Positions 48,548 to 58,880 of a DNA stretch of 64,000 nt are shown piece after piece; position 1 is the first letter of the stretch; the number at the start of each line of letters is the position of its first letter. Position numbers and translations under genes: made by a program. Under the pieces are notes generated by a model that saw only the letters and a program-made list of their open reading frames with translations, was not told where the DNA came from and made no database searches. The stretch spans positions 209,278 to 273,277 of the forward strand of contig DISH01000007.1 of assembly GCA_002421665.1 (NCBI GenBank), given 5' to 3'. Origin of the DNA: Candidatus Omnitrophica bacterium UBA6215 (lineage in GTDB: Bacteria; Omnitrophota; Gorgyraeia; Pluralincolimonadales; Pluralincolimonadaceae).

Positions 48548-49488
48548 CTTCCTGCCTCCGGTCGTATATCAAAAACCGTTATCTCCGGCCTGGCGCAGAA
48601 TCTGGCTTTTATGGGGGCCTTCCCTTCAAGGCCTATACCCCTGTTCACGTAAAGAACGGTATCCCCTGCTTTATATTCCCCGGCTTCATACCTCTTACCG
48701 TACCTGCCAAAAGTTATTACTGCCCCGTATACCGGCAGGGCTATCTGGCCGCCGTGCGTATGACCGCAAAGATAAAGGTCGGCATTGCAGCCTTTTATAT
48801 CCTCTATAAGGTCAGGCTTATGGTACAGGAATATGCTGTAATAGCCGGGCGGGACCCTCCCGAGCGCGCTCCCCCACATATTGCCTTTTTCGAAACCCAA
48901 GCCTGAAATATAAAAGGTATCGGGCCCCTTGGATAATTTGATCGTATCATTCCTGAGGACGCGAAAACCTGTCCCGCCGAAAAGGTCATAGCCCCTGAGG
49001 TACCAGTAATCGAAATTTCCGGTAACGGCGAATTTCCCGATGCCTGCCTTGAGCCCGGACAGTGTCTTCTTGAAAAGGGGTATCGCCGCAGGCGTATTGA
49101 CCGCATCCCCGGTAAAGACTATTATGTCCGGCTTGAACGAATTGACTATCCCGGATATTCTGTCTTCGGTCACGGCCGAAGGTTCGCTGTGAAGGTCGGA
49201 TATCTGGACTATCCTCAAACATGCGCCGTGCAATTTCCCGCTGTTAAGGTCGACCTTCCTGACCTCCAGCCATTTGGGTTCTATGAAGATCCCGTAAAGT
49301 ATGCACGCGATACCTGCCAGCGCGGCAACATGGACAGCTATCGCCGGCTTAGTCAGGTATCCGGAAGGACCTTTAATCCCGCGCAACCTGCGAAATACAA
49401 AACGTGCCATAAGCTGCGCTTCCTTGATATATACCGAAAGCACCATCACCAGAAAAAGTGCCAGGGATACGATCTCGCGCATAAGCAT
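48544..49488 (-). CDS. Calcineurin-like metallophosphoesterase (YkuE-like), membrane-anchored
   Basis: DLH...GD..N...GNFD...GHTH motifs. Confidence 0.75.
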   Translation of the reverse strand: MLMREIVSLALFLVMVLSVYIKEAQLMARFVFRRLRGIKGPSGYLTKPAIAVHVAALAGIACILYGIFIEPKWLEVRKVDLNSGKLHGACLRIVQISDLHSEPSAVTEDRISGIVNSFKPDIIVFTGDAVNTPAAIPLFKKTLSGLKAGIGKFAVTGNFDYWYLRGYDLFGGTGFRVLRNDTIKLSKGPDTFYISGLGFEKGNMWGSALGRVPPGYYSIFLYHKPDLIEDIKGCNADLYLCGHTHGGQIALPVYGAVITFGRYGKRYEAGEYKAGDTVLYVNRGIGLEGKAPIKARFCARPEITVFDIRPEAGR

Positions 49489-52001
49489 CAGATAGGCCTG
49501 CCCGGTTCCAGGGTAAATTTACCGATAAGTCTCGCGTCCCGCGATGAACTGCCCACGATCACCTCGAATTCACCCGATTCCGCGACCCAATCTTTCCTCG
49601 ACACGCTATAAAAAGCCAGGGACCTCTTATCCAGTTTGATAACGACCTTCCTGGCCTCCCCCGGCTTAAGGAACACTTTCCTGAAACCCTTGAGTTCCCT
49701 CGGAGGCCTGTCCGCGCTGGACTCCGGGTCACTGACATAAAGCTGGGCGATCTCCGCGCCTTCCATCCGCCCCGTATTCTTTACGTCAAAACTTACCTCT
49801 ACGTTCACATCGTCGCGCGCGACCGATACCGGGGTAATAGAGAGGTTGGAATACTCGAATGTCGTGTAAGAAAGCCCGTACCCGAACGGGAAACGGACTT
49901 CTTTCTTCTGCTTGTCAAAATACCTGTACCCGACATAGATACCTTCGGAATAGAATGCCTTGCCGTTCCTGCCGGGATAGGTATCGTATGCCGAACAGTC
50001 TTCCCAGCGTACGGGGAATGTCATCGGAAGTTTTCCGGAAGGATTACAGCGGCCGAGAAGGACCTCCGAGACCGAATCTCCGCCTTCCTGGCCCGGGAAC
50101 CACGCCTCTACCAGCGCGGCAACGTCGTCCAGCCATTTTTCGACAATGACCGGCGCACCGTTGTTGAGGACCACTATGGTATTCTTATTGGCAGAGGCAA
50201 CCTTCTTTATCAGGTCATCCTGGCCCTCCGGCAAATCCAGGGTCTTCCTGTCGAAGCCTTCCGCCTCATAGCGCCTGGACATCCCCGCAAATACTATAGC
50301 TACGTCAGATTTCCTCGCGGCTTCTACTGCCGCTTCAAGAAGGTCTTCGCGCGTGTCCCATCCGAGTTTCACCGAGGCCATGCCATAGCTCTCAAAGAAC
50401 TCCACCTTAAGGTCGTACTCTTTTCCGGCCTCCAGCCTGACCTTAGCGGTCTTCGTCTCTTCTCCGTGGTCGCGCCACTGGTTTATTATCTGCCGTCCGT
50501 CGAGGTATAGCCTCGAGCCGTCATCGCTCATAAGGCTTATGTCATATTCCGCAGTCTTTGGAGGGACAATCCTGGCGGTCCATCTTGCCGAAAAACAGTC
50601 CTGTGGGATATCATCGTCCGGAGAACCATCCGCCCACCTGAAATCCACCTGTTTCTCGACCCTCCTGACGACAGGAGAGCCTTCAAGGTCTTTATTATCG
50701 AAATATTCCGCGAGAAAACCGTTCTCCCGCTTCCCGTTGAATAATGTATGGACGCACGAAGGGTCTATCGGCCCCATCTCGCCTTCTATCTTGCATCCTA
50801 AGGCATAATATAAGTCGGCCTTCCCGGACACCTTCTTCTTCAGGCTGTCCAACGGGCTGACCGTCGAGAAAGGTTCCATTTGGGAACTGCCTCCGCCTCC
50901 AAAACGGCATACCGCCGCGTTCGGGCCTATTACCGCTATGGACCTTACCTTATCGAGGTCTATGGGAAGGACTCCGCCCGAGTTCTTCAACAATACTATA
51001 CCGTCCCTGGCTGCCTCAAATGCCACGTTCCTGTGTTCCGGCGTATCGAGTGAACCTTTGTCGGGTCTTCTCTCCTTATCGAAAAGGCCGAGCCAGAACA
51101 TGGCCCTTAGTATGCGCCTCGCCTTATCGTCAATTACCGATTCTTTCACCTTCCCGTCATTTACGGCTTCTATCAATCTTTTATTGAAAAAATCGCCTTT
51201 CGGCATCTCCAGGTCAAGCCCGCCTTTGGCTGCATTGACCGTGCTGTGCGTAGCATTCCAGTCGGAAACCACAAAACCCTTAAAGCCCCACTCCTCTTTA
51301 AGGATCTCATTATTCAGCCGGTTGTTCTCGGTGCAATGATAGCCGTTGACCTTATTATAGGCATCCATTATTGACCATGAACCGGCTTCTTTTATCGCCG
51401 CCTCGAAACCGGGCAGGTATATCTCGCGTAATGCCCTTTCGTCTACAACCACATCTATCGTACCGCGCTCCCATTCCTGGTTGTTGCACGCGTAGTGTTT
51501 TACCGTAGCTATGACATTATGGTCCTGCAACCCTTTTATATAAGCGACCGTAAGGCGGGATGTAAGGTAAGGGTCTTCACCGAAACTCTCGAAATTCCTC
51601 CCGCCCATCGGGACCCTGAGTATGTTTATGCACGGCGCAAGCGACATGTTCCTGCCCTTGGCCTTGACCTCTTCGGACAATGCCGTAGAAACTTTGTACA
51701 CAATATCGGGATCCCACGTAGCCGAGAGCGCCGCGGGAGCAGGGAAGGCCGTCGCCTGGCCATGGCGCACGCCGAGCGGGCCGTCGCACATCTTCAGCTG
51801 AGGTATGCCAAGCCTGTTTATGGCATATGTTTCCATCTCGTTGCCGGCGATCAGCCTGACCTTCTCGTCAAGGGTCATCCTGGATATGATATCGTCTATC
51901 TTCTTTTCCGCCGCGGGGCCGGTCTCAGCATCCAATATTCCCGCCGAACAGGCAAGCGCGGATATTACAGCGGAAAGGAGGAGCGCCTTAATCCTCTTCA
52001 T
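49488..52001 (-). CDS. bglX: Secreted GH3 beta-glucosidase with PA14 domain (BglX-like), 837 aa
   Basis: GH3 N- and C-domains, PA14 insert, and signal peptide. Confidence 0.8.
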   Translation of the reverse strand: MKRIKALLLSAVISALACSAGILDAETGPAAEKKIDDIISRMTLDEKVRLIAGNEMETYAINRLGIPQLKMCDGPLGVRHGQATAFPAPAALSATWDPDIVYKVSTALSEEVKAKGRNMSLAPCINILRVPMGGRNFESFGEDPYLTSRLTVAYIKGLQDHNVIATVKHYACNNQEWERGTIDVVVDERALREIYLPGFEAAIKEAGSWSIMDAYNKVNGYHCTENNRLNNEILKEEWGFKGFVVSDWNATHSTVNAAKGGLDLEMPKGDFFNKRLIEAVNDGKVKESVIDDKARRILRAMFWLGLFDKERRPDKGSLDTPEHRNVAFEAARDGIVLLKNSGGVLPIDLDKVRSIAVIGPNAAVCRFGGGGSSQMEPFSTVSPLDSLKKKVSGKADLYYALGCKIEGEMGPIDPSCVHTLFNGKRENGFLAEYFDNKDLEGSPVVRRVEKQVDFRWADGSPDDDIPQDCFSARWTARIVPPKTAEYDISLMSDDGSRLYLDGRQIINQWRDHGEETKTAKVRLEAGKEYDLKVEFFESYGMASVKLGWDTREDLLEAAVEAARKSDVAIVFAGMSRRYEAEGFDRKTLDLPEGQDDLIKKVASANKNTIVVLNNGAPVIVEKWLDDVAALVEAWFPGQEGGDSVSEVLLGRCNPSGKLPMTFPVRWEDCSAYDTYPGRNGKAFYSEGIYVGYRYFDKQKKEVRFPFGYGLSYTTFEYSNLSITPVSVARDDVNVEVSFDVKNTGRMEGAEIAQLYVSDPESSADRPPRELKGFRKVFLKPGEARKVVIKLDKRSLAFYSVSRKDWVAESGEFEVIVGSSSRDARLIGKFTLEPGRPI

Positions 52002-52569
52002 TCGTCAATCCCTTCATCAGGTCCCCCATGTTCGACGTATCAAACTTATTATATCCGGAAGGTATTTCGAAAAGCTGTCCTGGCTGCGGGCCTTTCTTGA
52101 TATTCTTGTATTCGATCATCCAGCTTCCGTCGGCGGCCTGCGTCTTTAGGGGGATATTCAAAGATTTTGAAAGCCACATATACATGACGTTCTGCATCCC
52201 GCCCAAGCTATACGTGATCTTGTACTTATCGACGGGATAGCCGTCGATATTATCGGTTCCCATCAGCTCCCTGTCGGTCTCCCCGTCGACCTTATCCGAC
52301 GTCACGGTCATCTGCGTCGGGTCCAAGGCCTGCTCCATATATATCTTCTGGGAAGGCACGAGAACCCATACCACCGATTTATCCATCCTCGATATCACTA
52401 TATTGTTATCGGACTCCACCCGCATCTTGTCTTTGCCCACGTTTATATGGGCATTATACACTCCGCTCCTGCTGGTGTTGACCATGTCGGCCTCGAACTC
52501 CTGGGCCGCGGCCTCTATCGAAAAAACAGAAAAAGACAACGCCAAAAGGGTAAATACCGCTTTTTTCAT
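51988..52569 (-). CDS. Secreted hypothetical protein (DUF4412-like), 193 aa
   Basis: Signal peptide, beta-rich. Confidence 0.4.
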   Translation of the reverse strand: MKKAVFTLLALSFSVFSIEAAAQEFEADMVNTSRSGVYNAHINVGKDKMRVESDNNIVISRMDKSVVWVLVPSQKIYMEQALDPTQMTVTSDKVDGETDRELMGTDNIDGYPVDKYKITYSLGGMQNVMYMWLSKSLNIPLKTQAADGSWMIEYKNIKKGPQPGQLFEIPSGYNKFDTSNMGDLMKGLTNEED

Positions 52570-52591
52570 GTGGACCTCCGTTTTAGAGGGA

Positions 52592-53239
52592 TTATATCAC
52601 AAAAATGCGCAATTGGATTATATTACGGTCGTGCGGAGATTCCTTGAGGACGGGCATTATGCGGATCTTACCGGACACCTGGAGGTCATTGAGCTTGGAC
52701 ATAAAATCCTGGTAGCGGTCGGCGGGGACTTCGACGTCTATATATGATTCACCGGCTTTATCTCTTCCGATATCTGCGCGGGTTATCCTGCCTCCCGCGG
52801 CCAGTATGCGCTCCTTCAGGGATGGGGCGGCCTTCTCGCACTTCAGGCAGAATTCATCCGCTTCGGCGCTTGCCGACTTGCGCTCCATCCTCTTCATTTT
52901 AACGTCTTCTGTATCCGCAAGCCGTGCATTCGAGACGTTACCCACAACAGCCTCTTCTGCCATATCAGACTTGGGGGCGTAAGCGAGTTGCTTGTCGGGC
53001 TTGGTCACCTCCAGGGTCGAGATCACCAGCAACAGAGTGGCCGTGGCGGCTGCTACTTCAAGAGGTATCTTGATCCTGACCGGGACAAAAAGGGCATGCA
53101 TCAATTTTTCACGGAACGGACGTTCTTCGATCCGCTCCCGCACCTTCTGCAGGAAATCGTCCGGGGCTTTCACCTTGGGCAGGGAACTCATCCGCTTCAG
53201 GTATTCATCCTCAGGCATCATGTCTCTCTTGTCTTCCAT
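52592..53239 (-). CDS. Putative anti-sigma factor (single TM), 215 aa
   Basis: It lies directly downstream of the ECF sigma gene, has a central TM, and is 5 bp from the sigma stop. Confidence 0.5.
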   Translation of the reverse strand: MEDKRDMMPEDEYLKRMSSLPKVKAPDDFLQKVRERIEERPFREKLMHALFVPVRIKIPLEVAAATATLLLVISTLEVTKPDKQLAYAPKSDMAEEAVVGNVSNARLADTEDVKMKRMERKSASAEADEFCLKCEKAAPSLKERILAAGGRITRADIGRDKAGESYIDVEVPADRYQDFMSKLNDLQVSGKIRIMPVLKESPHDRNIIQLRIFVI

Positions 53240-53243
53240 CTGT

Positions 53244-53786
53244 CTATGCCAGCCCTTTCAGTTTTTCCCTTAATTCCTGTCTCGCGCGCGACAATTTCGA
53301 CTTCACGGTGCCTATGTTCAGGCCTGTGGCCTCCGCGATATCTTCATAGGAAAGGCCCTCTATATCACGCAATACCACAACCGCCCTCTGGTCTGCGGGC
53401 AATGAGTCTATCGCTTTTTGTATCAGCTCGCCTTTCTCGTTCCTGTCGGCCCGGGCATCCGGCGACAGCTTTTCGTCGCCTATCTCGAACGGGCGCTCAT
53501 CCTCTCCGTCTGCAACCGGCCCGTCGAGACGAATTGCTCTCCTGTTGTTGCGGTACTGCGCTGAAGCCACCCTGTTCTTGCAGGTATTGACCGCTATCCT
53601 GTATACCCAGGTCGAGACGGAAGAATCCCCCCTGAAGTTTTTCAGGCAACGGTATACCTTGACGAAGGTCTCCTGCGCACAGTCATCCGCTTCCTCGTAA
53701 TTACCGAGAAAACGGAAGCACAAATTGAAGACCTTGTCCTTGAGTTCAAGGACGAGCCTGTCGAAATCTATGCTCTCTCCAGACAT
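53244..53786 (-). CDS. ECF-family RNA polymerase sigma-70 factor
   Basis: Region-2 and region-4 motifs (ETFVKVYR, LSYEDIAEATGLNIGTVKSKLSRAR). Confidence 0.85.
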   Translation of the reverse strand: MSGESIDFDRLVLELKDKVFNLCFRFLGNYEEADDCAQETFVKVYRCLKNFRGDSSVSTWVYRIAVNTCKNRVASAQYRNNRRAIRLDGPVADGEDERPFEIGDEKLSPDARADRNEKGELIQKAIDSLPADQRAVVVLRDIEGLSYEDIAEATGLNIGTVKSKLSRARQELREKLKGLA

Positions 53787-53819
53787 TTAGACAGTTTTCT
53801 ATAAGAAAAGTTCCGTTAT

Positions 53820-54746
53820 TCAAAATGGCCGCTTATTGGGCTTGAAATATACTATAATATCGAGGTGGGGCAGGTGGGTCTTAAGGTCTTTCTCGAAAGC
53901 CGCGGATATCTCCTCTACTTCCCTTACGGTCATCTCTTCCTTTACTACAAAACATATGTCCACGAATATCTTGTTCCCCGCTTTCCTTGTCCGTATCCTG
54001 TGTATGCCGAACATCTTCGGCCTGTATTGTTCCGCGACTTTACGGACCTGGGCCCTGATCTCCTTGGAAGGCACGGCATCGAGCAGCTCCATAAGGTTCT
54101 TTTTTACGGTCTTGAGAGGCGGCAGCATGAATACCAGCGCGAGCACTATCGCCATCACGGGGTCTACATAGGGTGCTGTCTCCGGGAAACCGTAGTGCTC
54201 AAGCAAATAGCCGCCGTAGAAACCTAAAAGCATGCCGACCGACATCATGGTATCTACGAACCAGTGCATGCTCGCCGCGTGCAGCATTGACGACCCGGAA
54301 CGCTTCGCGGCCATCCTGAGGAATAAGACTATACCGAACCCGGCAACTACCGATACGGACGAGGCCAATACGGGCATCCAGTAGTTCTTCATGCTCTCGG
54401 CATGGATGATGTCCTGTACGGCGAATTTTATGCTTATTGCGCAGGTCGTTATTATAAGGCATCCCTGCAGGACAACGGTGAATGGCTCGTATTTCTCGTA
54501 ACCAAAGTTGAATATCTCGTCCGGGGGGCTGTGTATCTTTTTTATCGTGGAATCCATCATGCAGGCAACCGCAAGTATAACAAGGCTCGCGGAAGCGTCG
54601 AGTATAAGCGTTATGGAATCCACCGCAAGACCGGCGGCGGCGGAGATGAAAAAGAGCGTCAGGGAACCCCAAAGTGATACCTTGGCAGCGGCTGACTGCA
54701 TCTTCTCGCTTTTTTCGGAAGAAACCTGTGCGCTTGAGATCGCCAA
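53820..54746 (-). CDS. Cation diffusion facilitator (CDF) family transporter
   Basis: 6 TM plus a C-terminal cytoplasmic domain; CDF signature. Confidence 0.7.
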   Translation of the reverse strand: MAISSAQVSSEKSEKMQSAAAKVSLWGSLTLFFISAAAGLAVDSITLILDASASLVILAVACMMDSTIKKIHSPPDEIFNFGYEKYEPFTVVLQGCLIITTCAISIKFAVQDIIHAESMKNYWMPVLASSVSVVAGFGIVLFLRMAAKRSGSSMLHAASMHWFVDTMMSVGMLLGFYGGYLLEHYGFPETAPYVDPVMAIVLALVFMLPPLKTVKKNLMELLDAVPSKEIRAQVRKVAEQYRPKMFGIHRIRTRKAGNKIFVDICFVVKEEMTVREVEEISAAFEKDLKTHLPHLDIIVYFKPNKRPF

Positions 54747-54758
54747 AGTCCGTATACA

Positions 54759-55304
54759 TTATTTAATATAGGCCTTAATTATTTTCTGTTCTTCTTTGGG
54801 CTTATCAAATTTTCCCGTAGGCGAGCTCTCTATCTTCTGCACGACATCATAGCCGGAAACCACCTTCCCGAATATGGTGTGCTTTCCATTGAGCCACGGT
54901 GTCTTGACCGTGGTTATGAAGAACTGGCTACCGTTCGTGCACGGTCCGGCGTTCGCCATAGCGACTATACCGACATCATTAAAGGCGATCTCATTGCTCA
55001 CCTCATCCTCAAACGGCTTGCCCCAGCACGACTGCCCGCCCCTGCCGGTCCCGGTCGGGTCACCGCCCTGTATCATGAAACCCTTTATGACCCTGTGAAA
55101 TATGATCCCGTTATAGTAGCCTTTCTCCACGAGTTTCTCGAAATTCTCGCAAGCCTTTGGGGCAACATCCGGCATAAGCTGTATCTCGATATTACCCTGA
55201 GTCGTCTCAAGGACGACGGTCTTACCTTCCATAGCGAATATCCCTCCGTTGTTGAGGAGCAGCAGGACTGGCAGGACTACGCATATCAGCATTGACCTTT
55301 TCAT
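54759..55304 (-). CDS. ppiB: Secreted cyclophilin-type peptidyl-prolyl isomerase
   Basis: FHRVIKGFMIQGGDP. Confidence 0.85.
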   Translation of the reverse strand: MKRSMLICVVLPVLLLLNNGGIFAMEGKTVVLETTQGNIEIQLMPDVAPKACENFEKLVEKGYYNGIIFHRVIKGFMIQGGDPTGTGRGGQSCWGKPFEDEVSNEIAFNDVGIVAMANAGPCTNGSQFFITTVKTPWLNGKHTIFGKVVSGYDVVQKIESSPTGKFDKPKEEQKIIKAYIK

Positions 55305-55338
55305 CTCGGCCGTTCTCCTTTTTTACTATTTTACAACA

Positions 55339-56763
55339 TTAAATGTCGGGTGTCTCGTGAAAATTATCCGAGGGAAGCATGACGGGTTCGGGGTGCACCA
55401 TCTTTATGGACTTCCATTTACCGCTCCTGTACCTGAGCACGGCTACCACCGAAAAGAACAGGAACATTACTACCATGACAGTCCACGCGTTTTCCGCCGC
55501 AGCACCCGCCCATAAGAGCATAATCGCAAGCACGCCAACCGACGCCCAGTGCATAGTTACGGACATCCCCATAGCCCAAAGGGTATCTCCTGCCCCCCGC
55601 AACGCGCCGATATATACCACAAGCAGGGCTTCCACGAGCACGTAAAGCGAGGCGAGCCTTATCATGAAGACCGCCGTCGGCTGCGCAGAGGTAAATATAT
55701 GCCCGGCTACATCCGGCCGGAAAACCTTTACGAGCATCCCCGGGAATCCCGCGAAAAGGACCAGTATGACCGCCGAATACATGAAACCCAGCTTGAGCCC
55801 CGATTGCACGCTGCGGTGCGCCGTAGCGGGGTCCCGCGCTCCCATTGACCGCCCGACGAGACTGGTAACGCCTATCTCCACGCCTATAAGGGGCAGGAAA
55901 GAGACCATGTCCCAGTTAAACATTATAGTTGCGGCGGTCGCCGTGACCGGCCCGCGCGAATAGAATATGAACACCATGAAATTGAACGCGAGGTTGTTCA
56001 GGAACATCTCGGCGCCGACGGAAGAACCGAAACGCAGGAGCTTGGCCATGACCGCCCTGTCGAAGCGCAAGGCCTCGGGTATATGGAATTCCCTGAGGTT
56101 CTTTTTGCTGAAATAGGCCGCCGCCAGCACGGCAAGGCCGCTAAAGCCCCCTATCATCGTGCCGTATGCCGCCCCGCGTATGCCCATCGCCTGGCAACCG
56201 AACTTTCCGTATATGAGCACATAGTTCATGAATACATTGATAAGCATAGCCGTTATAGATGAGACCATCACTATGGCTGTCCGGCCGATCCCGGAGAAGA
56301 AAGCGCTGAAACAGTTCCTGAGTAGCCCCATGACAGACGCCCAGAGAACTATGTTAAAATACAGTTTCTGGGAAGCCAACTGGGACGGGGTGATGCCCGA
56401 TGCCTCAAACAGCATGTGCGCGAACGGCCTGCAGGCAAGCACAACAGGATATGCTGCCAGCGAGATTATTGCCGCCTGAGAGATAACAACCGCGCAGTTC
56501 TTCTTCCTTCGGGCCCCGAGATATTGCGCGGTAAGCGCGGTGGAATAGCCCGTAAGGCCCAGGAAGAAAGACATCATCACAAAACAGGTCAGGCCTCCGC
56601 CCATGGCCGCGTTCATCATTTCCGGGCCAAGCCTGGAAAGGAACATACGGTCGGTAAAGACCATTATGGTCTCACACGACGTCGAGACCACCATAGGCAG
56701 CGCGATGGCTATCATCTCGCCTATGCTGCCGCGTTCATATTTGGATATATTCTCGTTATTCAT
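55339..56763 (-). CDS. MATE-family efflux transporter
   Basis: 12 TM with MATE repeats. The start is taken at MNNENISKYERG. Confidence 0.75.
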   Translation of the reverse strand: MNNENISKYERGSIGEMIAIALPMVVSTSCETIMVFTDRMFLSRLGPEMMNAAMGGGLTCFVMMSFFLGLTGYSTALTAQYLGARRKKNCAVVISQAAIISLAAYPVVLACRPFAHMLFEASGITPSQLASQKLYFNIVLWASVMGLLRNCFSAFFSGIGRTAIVMVSSITAMLINVFMNYVLIYGKFGCQAMGIRGAAYGTMIGGFSGLAVLAAAYFSKKNLREFHIPEALRFDRAVMAKLLRFGSSVGAEMFLNNLAFNFMVFIFYSRGPVTATAATIMFNWDMVSFLPLIGVEIGVTSLVGRSMGARDPATAHRSVQSGLKLGFMYSAVILVLFAGFPGMLVKVFRPDVAGHIFTSAQPTAVFMIRLASLYVLVEALLVVYIGALRGAGDTLWAMGMSVTMHWASVGVLAIMLLWAGAAAENAWTVMVVMFLFFSVVAVLRYRSGKWKSIKMVHPEPVMLPSDNFHETPDI

Positions 56764-56875
56764 CTGTATGGGGGAAAGGTTAATTATACACCCGCGGCGG
56801 GGCATAACAAACAAAAAAATCCCCCCACGTTTTCCGGAAACCCGCGGGGGGATTGGGGTGATATATAAAATCGGT

Positions 56876-57253
56876 TTACATGTCCGGAGGGCCGCCTCCC
56901 ATGCCTCCGCCGGGACCCCGGCCCATCCTTGACCTGCGCTCGCTCTCCTGCTCTTCCCACTTCGTCATCTGTTCCCCGGTAAGATACTTCTTTAGTATGG
57001 ACCCGAAGTCAGGCGGACCTCTGCGGGTGGACGAGTTTTCATTCTTTTCCATCTCCTCTTTTATAAGAGGCAGTATCTGCTCCGCCTGCTCATCGCTCAG
57101 GTCCAGGGTCTTCTTCATATCGGAGACTATCTGGTCGGCCGTCATCCTGGGCGGCCTTCCGCCGCCTGACGGCTGGGCCTGGCAAAGTTTCCCGGTAGAA
57201 AGATAAATAAGGACCATCAATAAAGCCGCTATTATCCTTGTATCTATCTTCAT
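56876..57253 (-). CDS. Secreted LTXXQ-motif (Spy/CpxP-like) periplasmic protein with Gly-rich tail, 125 aa
   Basis: Signal peptide. LSDEQAEQI and LTGEQMTKW repeats. Confidence 0.5.
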   Translation of the reverse strand: MKIDTRIIAALLMVLIYLSTGKLCQAQPSGGGRPPRMTADQIVSDMKKTLDLSDEQAEQILPLIKEEMEKNENSSTRRGPPDFGSILKKYLTGEQMTKWEEQESERRSRMGRGPGGGMGGGPPDM

Positions 57254-57263
57254 TCTGCCCCCT

Positions 57264-57797
57264 TTATTTTCCGTATAAAGCTTTAAGTTGTCCTACGGTA
57301 GGATGCCCTTCGTAAAACTCACCCTGTGGGCCTTTATAACCGTTCTTGTGCTTGAATAATTTTACCGGAGTGTATGTGCCGTCGGAATTCGGGATATTTA
57401 CAGTCACCGGCTCCCCGTCAAGATCGGTAGCCGGCGCGTTCACCACGATATAACCGTCCGGGCAGGCCGTATAATAAACATCCTCGTAGTAATAATAGGT
57501 TGCCCCGTTTATTATTACGACATTGCGTGTTTCCGGTATGACCTTGACGACAACACCCGGCGGAGGTGTGATCAAAGTATCGAACAATCCAAAGAGACCG
57601 GTCCTGTAAAACTTTCCGTCGCGGTAATGATACTTGTGCGGTCCGGAAACTACCACCTCTTCGTGATGCGGCCTCCCGCGCCCGGGACTTGTATCCTGCC
57701 CGGGCTCCCTGGCCGAAACATCTCCGGAAAACGGGAACGCAATAAAACAATATATTGCCGCTATGCACAATTTTTTCCTTAATGAATAGGCAGGCAT
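57264..57797 (-). CDS. Secreted hypothetical protein, 177 aa
   Basis: Signal peptide. Pro/Tyr-rich. Confidence 0.4.
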   Translation of the reverse strand: MPAYSLRKKLCIAAIYCFIAFPFSGDVSAREPGQDTSPGRGRPHHEEVVVSGPHKYHYRDGKFYRTGLFGLFDTLITPPPGVVVKVIPETRNVVIINGATYYYYEDVYYTACPDGYIVVNAPATDLDGEPVTVNIPNSDGTYTPVKLFKHKNGYKGPQGEFYEGHPTVGQLKALYGK

Positions 57798-57862
57798 ATC
57801 TTTTCCCCTTTTAAAGATTAGACGAGCGGCAGGTAAAAAGGTTTACATAATTTTTACGGGCT

Positions 57863-58441
57863 TCAGGATATCTTCTTCCCCAGCGCAAGGGCTTTTTCGC
57901 GGATGCCTTTGAGCTCCAGGATTTCCCCGGATTCACGGGCATCAGGCACAAGGAGGGATAAAAATTTCATCTCGCTGTAATCGGCAATAAGCCTGAAGGA
58001 TTCTTCCACGTTCTTTAACCCGATGTCCTCATAGGCGCTGAGCAGCAGGACCATCGTCTTGCCCGGCATGGGGGACTTGAACGTGTCGGTCGTGTTGTCC
58101 CATTTATAAAGACAGAACATACGGTCTATAAGGGCTTTCAGCTGGGCGCTGGGGCCGTAGAAGTACAGCGGGGTCGCGAATACTATGACATCCGCACCGG
58201 CCATCTTCCTTAACACGGCGCGGGCGTCATCCTTGATAACGCAGGCGTATTCTTTTATCTTCTGGCAGGTCCTGCACGAGGTGCATCCGCACACTTTATA
58301 CTTGAGCCCGGCCGCGCGGATCACCTCGACCCGCGCGCCCTTGGAGCGCGCCCCGAGGGCGAACCAGGATACAAGATTGTCGGTGTTCCCGCCTCGCTTT
58401 GGGCTTCCGTTAAGGATTAATATCCTTTTGGACAGGGCCAT
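57863..58441 (-). CDS. Iron-sulfur flavoprotein (NADPH-dependent FMN reductase fold, Isf-like)
   Basis: Flavodoxin-like N-terminus (LILNGSPKRGGNT) plus a compact Cys cluster CGCTSCRTC. Confidence 0.65.
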   Translation of the reverse strand: MALSKRILILNGSPKRGGNTDNLVSWFALGARSKGARVEVIRAAGLKYKVCGCTSCRTCQKIKEYACVIKDDARAVLRKMAGADVIVFATPLYFYGPSAQLKALIDRMFCLYKWDNTTDTFKSPMPGKTMVLLLSAYEDIGLKNVEESFRLIADYSEMKFLSLLVPDARESGEILELKGIREKALALGKKIS

Positions 58442-58793
58442 ACTCTTTCAATACCTCTTCCCTCGATGAAGACACCTTTACAAGGTTCTTGCCGACAAAT
58501 ACAAGATACTGGTTCCTGGTCACGAAATCGTTCTGGCTGAACAGGCTTAAAGGCTTGACCTTGTACGTCCACAACTCTTTCCTGAGGCCCGTCTCATCGG
58601 AGCCGAGGCTCTCTATCTCGTCCGGCTCACCCCACGTATTTCTTACCTTGTCCATCTTATACCCCGCAGAAGCAGGCGGGGAACAGAAAAGCGGGCGCCT
58701 TCCCCCATTATCCTGCGCTGCTATAGGCGCGGAGCCTATTACAAAATACGCCGCGATAACGGCCAATAATACCGTAAAAATACTTTTGCGCAT
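58410..58793 (-). CDS. Secreted hypothetical protein, ~127 aa
   Basis: Signal peptide MRKSIFTVLLAVIAAYFVIGSAPIAAQ. Confidence 0.4.
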   Translation of the reverse strand: MRKSIFTVLLAVIAAYFVIGSAPIAAQDNGGRRPLFCSPPASAGYKMDKVRNTWGEPDEIESLGSDETGLRKELWTYKVKPLSLFSQNDFVTRNQYLVFVGKNLVKVSSSREEVLKEYGPVQKDINP

Positions 58794-58880
58794 CTTGCCC
58801 TCCTTATAATATGTCGTCATTATATCGCAAGAGCGGGCTTTCCGTCATTAAATATTAATTCGGAACGCGGCAATTACCGG